A stretch of DNA of 64,000 bases from Limnothrix sp. BL-A-16 (GTDB lineage: Bacteria; Cyanobacteriota; Cyanobacteriia; CACIAM-69d): NCBI GenBank assembly GCA_041937175.2, contig CP166615.1, forward strand, positions 1,568,001 to 1,632,000. Reading direction: 5' to 3'. A model generated the notes under the pieces. It was not told where the DNA came from, ran no database searches, and was given only the letters and a program-made list of their open reading frames with translations. Below are positions 33,679 to 40,472 of this stretch, piece after piece; within the stretch, counting starts at the first letter, position 1; each line of letters starts with the position of its first letter. The position numbers and the translations under genes are program-made.

Positions 33679-33695
33679 AGAGACGTGCGGATGAC

Positions 33696-33861
33696 ACCTA
33701 ACTATTTATTAGATCGCAGCTGCGGGATGACTCTTTCAGCAGAGCGTTGTCAAGCAGTTGCAGTGTAACTTCAGTATGAAGGGTATTATCCCGCAGTTGC
33801 GAGATAATACCCCCACTTATAGAACTTCTATCGCAACGATCGCCCTGGAAGCGTCACAGCC
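33696..33861 (-). other. attI-like platform copy 2
   Basis: Minus strand ...TCTAATAAATAGTTAGGT; collinear with 40307-40472; includes palindrome 33781-33812 and TTGACA at 33748-33753. Confidence 0.8.
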
Positions 33862-34014
33862 CTAGCCCAATGGCGCGATCGCCCGTTTCACCAGATTCTC
33901 CGCCGTCAGACCATTGAGGCCCATCAGTTGGCCAGCGGTGGCCGTCGTTTCGCCGCGCTTCCAGGCGAACAGATCGCGCGGGGCCGTGCTACGGAGGGCG
34001 ATCGGCTCCAGCAT
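33862..34014 (-). pseudogene. Phosphoketolase 3'-end fragment 2 (about 153 bp, includes stop)
   Basis: Encodes MLEPIALRSTAPRDLFAWKRGETT...RAIAPLG*. Confidence 0.92.
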
Positions 34015-34018
34015 GGTG

Positions 34019-34753
34019 TTAGTCGTCGCCATCACGTTCAATCTCACGCTCAATAATCTCTTTGACAAACTCAGGCAGTTCCTTCTCAACACTGACAGCC
34101 CTTTGCTTGAGCCTTTCATAAATCTCAGTGTCATCTCCTTCCCAAAGCAGATCTATTCTTCTGATCTGCCGCATTGCAATATGCTCATAGCTTTCTGGAT
34201 AAGCCCAGTAGCAAGATAGACAAATAGATTTATCCTTAATGCTGTTCCAGTTTTCGCAATGTTCGCATGACCACGACTTGGCCCGGTTAGCTGAGCCACA
34301 AAGTAACATGAAATTTTCTGGGACTAGATCCGGCTCACCAGCAACTTCAAAAGGGACACGATGATCAATTTGTAATTCGCGTTGATTAACCTCTTCAAGA
34401 TAAATAAAGCACCTACATCCATATCTGCTAATCAGTGCCTCTTTAATCTGCTTGGATAAACCTGTTCTGCCAGAAAGGCGAGTGAATCTTGTCTTGCTAA
34501 TATCTCCAAGTCGATATGCAGCTATTTTTCTGCCATCGCTTCCAGTAACACGAAAAGTTTCTAATGGGATACCACTTTCTCTAACATCTCTAGCTGCTCT
34601 TGGAGGATGGTTATAACCGTAAGTTTCTTTTAATTCCTCAGTTGTAATAAATCCGTGTTGCAAGATGTGGTCAATGACTGCTTTCGGTCTCTTTGCTGTT
34701 ACAGAACGGCAAAGTTCCAGGAAGTCATCGGGTAGCTGCTGTGAATTCTCCAT
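34019..34753 (-). CDS. HNH endonuclease, probable restriction enzyme (cassette C)
   Basis: LQIDHRVP...NFMLL...NRAK, CEHC and CLSC; TAA lies within the inverse core GACTAAC. Confidence 0.82.
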   Translation of the reverse strand: MENSQQLPDDFLELCRSVTAKRPKAVIDHILQHGFITTEELKETYGYNHPPRAARDVRESGIPLETFRVTGSDGRKIAAYRLGDISKTRFTRLSGRTGLSKQIKEALISRYGCRCFIYLEEVNQRELQIDHRVPFEVAGEPDLVPENFMLLCGSANRAKSWSCEHCENWNSIKDKSICLSCYWAYPESYEHIAMRQIRRIDLLWEGDDTEIYERLKQRAVSVEKELPEFVKEIIEREIERDGDD

Positions 34754-35672
34754 GTGTTTCCAAAAGGGTTAGCTGCTTTGGTTGTTGGTCAATATAGCTA
34801 AAATCATAAATTTTAGTGTTCATTAATTTTTTGGATAAACTTGGCGACAAGTACAGCGACTCAATTGTATTTTCCGATTTGCCTAGTAAGGTAGACTGTG
34901 AAGATCTGCCAACTTCGATTTCGATTCTTTCAAGATTTAAGCTATTAGGGAGAAATTTGCCAAACGCCTTATCACCTAATTTTCCGTCATAACTGATAGC
35001 AAATACAGATCCTTTTTGATTTAAGCATTCAAGCGCTAACACAAATTCATCGAAGTCTATCCCAGACAAATATCTTGAATCTCTATTGCCGCATACACCT
35101 TGATATGGAGGATCCATATAGATAAAATCACCTTCTTGAATTTGCTCTAATACCTCTCGGTAATCCAAATTAGTAAATTTACATTTGCTTTTGAGCAAAC
35201 TAGAAACACCGATTATATTTTTTCTCATTGTTTCGGGTCGTGTTCCTTTGCGTCTTTTGTCCGGACTTTGGTTAAACAATCCTTCAGAATTGTAGCGAAC
35301 CGAACCTTTAACGCACCTTGCTAGTAGATAAAGAAGTAGTTTTGGATCGTTGGTCTCATTGAATTTTGATCTGACTTCAAAGTAATGGTCTACAGAATTG
35401 GGGTGTTGTTTATTCCATAGCTCTAAGTAAAAATCGGCTATTTCGTCTGGTTTTTCTACAGCTAGTTCTAGGAGCTTGATGAGCGGATGGTTCAGATCGT
35501 TTAACCAAAAACTCTGGGTGATTTGACTTGCGGACGTAGCAACACTAATTGCAGCAGTTCCAGCAAAAGGCTCTACTAGCCTCTTGAATTTTTTTGGAAA
35601 GAACTGGAGGATGTGCTTTGCTAGCTTCCTTTTGCTGCCTTGATATTGAATGAAGTGGGGTAGGTTTGCCAT
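34725..35672 (-). CDS. D12-class (Dam-like) N6-adenine DNA methyltransferase (cassette C)
   Basis: YQGSK, EPFAGTAA, YMDPPY. Confidence 0.9.
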   Translation of the reverse strand: MANLPHFIQYQGSKRKLAKHILQFFPKKFKRLVEPFAGTAAISVATSASQITQSFWLNDLNHPLIKLLELAVEKPDEIADFYLELWNKQHPNSVDHYFEVRSKFNETNDPKLLLYLLARCVKGSVRYNSEGLFNQSPDKRRKGTRPETMRKNIIGVSSLLKSKCKFTNLDYREVLEQIQEGDFIYMDPPYQGVCGNRDSRYLSGIDFDEFVLALECLNQKGSVFAISYDGKLGDKAFGKFLPNSLNLERIEIEVGRSSQSTLLGKSENTIESLYLSPSLSKKLMNTKIYDFSYIDQQPKQLTLLETHGEFTAATR

Positions 35673-35782
35673 CGTTATACAAGGACAAATGATCTTACAG
35701 CGGCTGATTAGGATAGTTCGAGCTTATCGCTTAATTCAAGCATTTTTTCAAGGGCGATCGAAGGGGTGAGGCTGGAGTCTAA

Positions 35783-35810
35783 GACGACTAACGATTCATT
35801 CGGCTGCAAT
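35783..35810 (-). other. Distal half of an attC site; start of cassette C
   Basis: Minus strand GCAGCCGAATGAATC-GTTAGTCGTC; the last 10 nt are the reverse complement of the cassette end at 34018-34027. Confidence 0.65.
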
Positions 35811-36019
35811 GATCGCCCGTTGAACCAGGTTCTCAGCCGTCAGACCGTTGAGGCCCATCAGTTGGCCAGTGGTGGCTGTCGTTTCGCCGCGCTTCCAGGC
35901 AAACACATCGCGTGGGGCCGTGCTGCGGAGAACGATCGGCTCCAGCATCGCACTCGTGCCGCCGGTCACGCCCAACAACGCATCACCGCCGAAGAGCCGA
36001 TCGAACGTTGTGCATCATC
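35811..36019 (-). pseudogene. Phosphoketolase 3'-end fragment 1 (about 209 bp, no stop)
   Basis: Encodes TFDRLFGGDALLGVTGGTSAMLEP...ENLVQRAI; ends within a HIP1 site (GCGATC). Confidence 0.92.
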
Positions 36020-36075
36020 CACAGCAAGATAACGGTGTTAGCCTGTCTCAACCAATAGTTTAGTAGAGCAATCCA

Positions 36076-36900
36076 TTAATCTCTTTCCTCATCCTGAAGC
36101 TCTTTTTCGTCTATCTCAACTAGCTCATCAACTACCGAATCTAAAGAAGGTTGATCATCTTCTGAAGGCAATCTGTATTTAGATAAAAAACTCTGAAGCT
36201 TAGGATGCGGTATCCTTTTTAGCTTTCCAAAATTTGTATCCTCGTTAAAATCCTTACCTTCAGATTCCTTGCGACCATATGAATTTGTGTCTAAAGGTAA
36301 ACCTTTTCTGAGTTTTTCTTTCCCGATTTTGCTTAAAACCGTTGGCGTTTCATAATTTCCAAACCATCTTCCACCACGATCAGTCATACGTTTATCTCGT
36401 GCTTCAACAAGCTCAATCATAGAAAAAAGTTCGAGATCAATAATTTGGGGAACTGCTGCATCTGAGTTCAGATCATCTACCTCCATTCGATATGCTATGA
36501 GCAGCATTGCGTCTAACTCCGGATCGACATTTTTGACAGTTACTTTCTGAGTAAGTCGGGCTGATGGCTCTCGTGGTGTAGGCGGCTTTTTCATTTTAAG
36601 ACCAGGATTATCTACATAAAGAAGCTTTAGCTCCAACCTCTTGCCAGATTCATGTTTGTAATCTGGATATCCTTCTCTTTCTCCCAAAATACCTTCATGC
36701 TTTTCAAGCCCAAGTCCTTTTATATCCAAATGAGGAATGAGTGCATCCATCAAGGCACCTACAATTGTGCCTACTTGAGATGGTTCAAATGCGGTAATTG
36801 CTACTATCGGCAGACTTAAGCTCCGAAATTGTTGTCCTATCAAAGGCTTAAGTTGCTCTTTTAGCTTATCCAAGTCATGGTTCGATATGCGACCACTCAT
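36076..36900 (-). CDS. Putative PD-(D/E)xK restriction endonuclease (cassette B)
   Basis: GYPDY...RLELK; ATGA-coupled to the upstream HTH gene; next to an MTase. Confidence 0.62.
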   Translation of the reverse strand: MSGRISNHDLDKLKEQLKPLIGQQFRSLSLPIVAITAFEPSQVGTIVGALMDALIPHLDIKGLGLEKHEGILGEREGYPDYKHESGKRLELKLLYVDNPGLKMKKPPTPREPSARLTQKVTVKNVDPELDAMLLIAYRMEVDDLNSDAAVPQIIDLELFSMIELVEARDKRMTDRGGRWFGNYETPTVLSKIGKEKLRKGLPLDTNSYGRKESEGKDFNEDTNFGKLKRIPHPKLQSFLSKYRLPSEDDQPSLDSVVDELVEIDEKELQDEERD

Positions 36901-37157
36901 GTCTCTTTCTCTTCCTTCTGAATTTTTTGTTTTATTTCAGAAGGGAGGACATCTTCTAGATAAAGACCTAAGGCAGCACACCATTTAGCTGCTTCAATTA
37001 CATCAAGCCGTCTTTCACAGGTTTCTACCTTGGAGACCAAGGTTTGCTCTTTACCCAATCTTTCCCCCAACTGTTGCTGAGAAAGATTTTGTCTCTTACG
37101 AGCACGACGAAGGCGAGCAATAAACTCAATGTAGAGAGGGTCACGAGCACCCGACAT
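36897..37157 (-). CDS. XRE-family HTH regulator, controller-protein-like (cassette B)
   Basis: LRRAR...LSQQQLGERLGKEQTLVSKVETCERRLDV. Confidence 0.85.
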   Translation of the reverse strand: MSGARDPLYIEFIARLRRARKRQNLSQQQLGERLGKEQTLVSKVETCERRLDVIEAAKWCAALGLYLEDVLPSEIKQKIQKEEKET

Positions 37158-37330
37158 AAGGCAGCAAGTATGCGAATTTAGGGTACAAGTTGAAGGTAGA
37201 GGATGCCATCCATTCCTGACCTAAATCGTGCATCTCCTTAGCAAATACCCCAAAAACGCATATTTATAGTTTCCCGACCATCGTCTTGACAAATGATCAA
37301 CCCTGCGCGATACTTCGGTTGACTAAAGGA

Positions 37331-38629
37331 ATGAGTATGGCTAAACGACATCAAAATCAACAAGGCAACCTCGAATCGCTGTTTCTTCGCATGGAAGAAC
37401 TTGTTCTTGCAAATTCTGGTGAGGACGAGTTTGAGGAGGTGTTTAAGTTGCTTGTAGCAAAGCTTTGGGATGAACGAAGCCAACAATCTAAATTTTATCG
37501 ATATAGCACTGATGAAGCTACCTTTGAAGCAATAGCCAAACTCATGAGAGAAGCGGAAAAAAAATGGTCGGGAGTTCTCAATGAAGTCACATCCAAACTT
37601 ACGCCTGAGCATCTTTCAATCTGTGTAGATGCTCTTTCAAAACATAACATCTCTAATGAAAGTCTTGATGTTATTGATAGTTTCTTTGAATTTATAGTAT
37701 CCAAGTCGGCAAAGGGAGCTAAAGGTCAATACTTTACTCCAAGGCATGTAGTTGAACTATGTGTAAGAATTTTAAAACCTTCTTCAGGTGAGACAATTCT
37801 TGATCCGGCTTGCGGATCGGGCGGATTTCTCCTCCACGCATTGAAATTTATTAAACAACATGAAAAGTTAGATAGTGGAGGAGAAATTCAAGGCTTTTGT
37901 AGTGAAAAATTATGGGGTTTTGATATTGATGCCAAAGCCACACGAGTTGCTAAGGCTTTAATGATACTTGCAGGAGATGGGAGTAGTAACATTGTCAGGC
38001 TTAATAGCTTATTGAAGCCTGAAATGATTGGGCTTTTTAGAAACACAGAAGAGCCGAATCTTACTATAGAGGATGTATGTCGAAGTCGAATTAAACGTCA
38101 CAAAGGTTTCGACGTTATCCTTACAAATCCTCCCTTTGCTGGTGAGATTAGAGAAAATAGCTTTCTCAATTGTTATAACCTTGCAAATAAAAAATCTCGA
38201 ATTGAAAGGGATATATTATTTGTTGAGAGATGCCTTGAGCTATTAAGACCTGGAGGGCGATTAGCTATAGTCTTGCCTCATAATAAGTTTGCCGGAAAAT
38301 CATTTGAGTTTCTACGACAATGGATTTTGAGGAAAGCAAGAATTCTTGCTGTCATAGGTTTAGGAAGAAATACTTTTATGCCTCATACTCATCAAAAAGC
38401 CAGTATTCTAATATTGAAAAAGCAATCTCCTGGGAAGAGTATCCCGTCAGATTATAATATCTTTTTTGCGATTAGTGAAAAAGATGGCAAGAACTCTAAG
38501 GGGCAGTTTGTTCTGCATGAATCTGTTGCGAGATTAGAAAATACTTGGGAAGATATAGATCATGACTTCTCAGAAATAGTTGAAGGCTTTGAGACATTCT
38601 TAAAACAGGAAAATATTGATTTCGAGTAA
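37331..38629 (+). CDS. HsdM-like N6-adenine DNA methyltransferase (cassette B)
   Basis: GQYFTPR, DPACGSGGFL, TNPPF. Confidence 0.9.
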   Translation: MSMAKRHQNQQGNLESLFLRMEELVLANSGEDEFEEVFKLLVAKLWDERSQQSKFYRYSTDEATFEAIAKLMREAEKKWSGVLNEVTSKLTPEHLSICVDALSKHNISNESLDVIDSFFEFIVSKSAKGAKGQYFTPRHVVELCVRILKPSSGETILDPACGSGGFLLHALKFIKQHEKLDSGGEIQGFCSEKLWGFDIDAKATRVAKALMILAGDGSSNIVRLNSLLKPEMIGLFRNTEEPNLTIEDVCRSRIKRHKGFDVILTNPPFAGEIRENSFLNCYNLANKKSRIERDILFVERCLELLRPGGRLAIVLPHNKFAGKSFEFLRQWILRKARILAVIGLGRNTFMPHTHQKASILILKKQSPGKSIPSDYNIFFAISEKDGKNSKGQFVLHESVARLENTWEDIDHDFSEIVEGFETFLKQENIDFE

Positions 38630-38634
38630 CAAAT

Positions 38635-39294
38635 ATGGCTTTGATTTCGATTCAGTCAAAAACTCGTCTTGTGTCACCAGTAATTCTTGCTCCCGAAAGA
38701 TACGATCCAAGACGGAAAATCAAGACGCAAGAAAACGAAGTAGTTGAGCTAGGTGAAATCGTTATTTCCGTAAAGAAGATGGTTAAATCCTCTGTTAATC
38801 TTGGAAAATGTTTTGTTCTTGATACTTCTGACGCTCGAGAAGGCATTGTAATTGCCAGAAAGCAATCGCTGCAAGGCACTGAAATTGGTAGCACCAAGAA
38901 GGAGGTCAAATCTGGGGATGTTATTATCTCACGTCTTAGACCATATCTACGACAAGTAGCATTTATTGATGAAGAGATACCTAATGCTAATGGTACTCAG
39001 ATTCTTTGCTCTACGGAATTCTTTGTCTTACGCTCAATTGATAATCTATCGATAGCATTTTTGGTACCTTTTTTACTTTCAAACGCAATTCAGGAAGTAC
39101 TCGCAGCATCCCAAGAAGGTGGGCATTATCCTAGATTTATCGAATCGGCTCTTCTAACACTTCCTATACCCAAAAGCCTCTTATCCCAACGCTCACTGAT
39201 CTCTGAAGTTGTCAGAAATAGTGTTCAAATGTACAGAGCTTCTGAGAAATCGATGTCAAACATGGTCGAAAAGATTAACGCTACGCTGTCTTAA
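38635..39294 (+). CDS. HsdS-like half-size specificity subunit, single TRD (cassette B)
   Basis: GDVIISRLRPYL, CSTEFFVLR, YPR...LPIP. Confidence 0.75.
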   Translation: MALISIQSKTRLVSPVILAPERYDPRRKIKTQENEVVELGEIVISVKKMVKSSVNLGKCFVLDTSDAREGIVIARKQSLQGTEIGSTKKEVKSGDVIISRLRPYLRQVAFIDEEIPNANGTQILCSTEFFVLRSIDNLSIAFLVPFLLSNAIQEVLAASQEGGHYPRFIESALLTLPIPKSLLSQRSLISEVVRNSVQMYRASEKSMSNMVEKINATLS

Positions 39295-39350
39295 GATTTT
39301 TCTCATGAAATTTTAGATTTGCGGAGGGCAGCAAGACCTAGACTTTTGCA

Positions 39351-39436
39351 GGCTAACGTTCCTGGTCAGCGGTTGCCGATACCTTGTCCACTCCACAAGC
39401 AACTTGGGGCAATCCGCTGCACCAGGGTTGTTGTGC
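39351..39436 (-). other. Integron attC recombination site (86 bp)
   Basis: Minus strand GCACAAC-AACCCT-GGT(G)CAGC-GG(A)TTGCC...GGCAACC-GCTGACC-AGGAAC-GTTAGCC: R''/L''/L'/R' layout with two unpaired bases, 11 bp after an ORF stop. Confidence 0.88.
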
Positions 39437-39447
39437 TGCGTGCTGAA

Positions 39448-40212
39448 CTATTCATTATTTACTTTAGGTTCTGAAGGTTTTGGTTCTCGCAACTTATTCT
39501 TAACTTGATTGTTAGAATTATTTAGAAAATCAGATTCTATACCAGCAGAACTCCTTTCAATCAGGTTTGTAATAAGCTTATCCATAAGTTGTAGGTTTTT
39601 CTCTGGATCTTTAACTTGCTTACAAAGCTCAACAGCTAGCATTGTGTCTTGAATTCTAGTCAGTTGCTTATAGAATCGATTAGATTGCTCAACTGTCCGG
39701 TTATAAAGAACAAAGTTAGCACCTCCTATGAATTGAAGAATTATTCCAGAAATGCCAGATATAATCGACAACTCAAGCTTTTGTCCTTCTTTAATAAAAG
39801 GTAGCAATATTGCTATAACTACAGTAATAAATCCTAAAAATATGACTAATGCGCTGAAGCTAAAGCTACGTCTTGCTTGATTTTTGTTAATTGTATAGTA
39901 CTCGGTAATCTGATTTAAATTTAACCTTATAACATCTACAACACTATCTTCTCTTTCAATTCTTTCAATAATCTTTTCTCTTTCTTGCTTTATTGCTTTT
40001 ACTTCGATTGTTTCTGAGATTGCTGATTTGGATAAACTAAAAGGATTATTGGACAGGAGAAAAAACACAACAATTACAGTAAGAGGCAGTGTAGGAATAC
40101 CCAGGAAATTCCCAACCCACGCGACTAGAGCCGCCGTTATGAAATTAGCGGGGATCTCAGTCATCATTACTTGTGTCCATGCTTCTTTAAAGCTACTGGC
40201 TCTTTTTCTCAT
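39448..40212 (-). CDS. Membrane protein resembling the cyanobacterial TRADD-N-associated 2TM domain (cassette A)
   Basis: EYY...NQARRSF followed by two TM helices; AT-rich. Confidence 0.6.
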   Translation of the reverse strand: MRKRASSFKEAWTQVMMTEIPANFITAALVAWVGNFLGIPTLPLTVIVVFFLLSNNPFSLSKSAISETIEVKAIKQEREKIIERIEREDSVVDVIRLNLNQITEYYTINKNQARRSFSFSALVIFLGFITVVIAILLPFIKEGQKLELSIISGISGIILQFIGGANFVLYNRTVEQSNRFYKQLTRIQDTMLAVELCKQVKDPEKNLQLMDKLITNLIERSSAGIESDFLNNSNNQVKNKLREPKPSEPKVNNE

Positions 40213-40306
40213 AATGAATTTCCGTAGGCGTTGTATTTGGGAAAAGTTGCTAATACCTTAGCAAAAGAGCATAGCTTTTGATACTCCCCCAACCAATAAC
40301 TCAGCA

Positions 40307-40472
40307 GCACAACTATGTATTAGACCGCAAGTGCAGGATAACTCCTTCAGCAGAGTGTTATCAAGCAGCTACAGTCTAACTCCAGTCCAAAGGGTACTAC
40401 CCCGCAGTTGCAGGATAATACCCCCACCTATAGAACTTCTACCGCAACGATCGCCCTGGAATCGTCACAGCC
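40307..40472 (-). other. attI-like platform copy 1
   Basis: Minus strand TCTAATACATAGTTGTGC, compared with attI1 CCTAAAACAAAGTT; GTTGTGCTGC is the reverse complement of the attC R'' region at 39430-39439. Confidence 0.8.
40335..40364 (-). promoter_or_regulatory. Candidate Pc-like cassette promoter
   Basis: TTGATA-18 bp-TATCCT pointing at the crossover; copy 2 has TTGACA at the same place but a poor -10. Confidence 0.35.

Noticed and set aside
33862..34134. ORF-track 90-aa protein (and the 60-aa ORF at 35796-35978) as real genes
   Set aside because: They are read-throughs into phosphoketolase fragments.
33311..36019. Diversity-generating retroelement template/variable repeats
   Set aside because: No reverse transcriptase in the window, and differences are mostly synonymous rather than adenine-specific.
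36003..36043. Complete miniature attC ending at GTTCGAT
   Set aside because: Only about 44 nt with weak pairing; the distal part is phosphoketolase sequence.
33176..40472. Repeats as attL/attR of a prophage or integrative element
   Set aside because: No integrase, phage or conjugation genes; the duplicated gene ends differ in length and left boundary, unlike a fixed att core.
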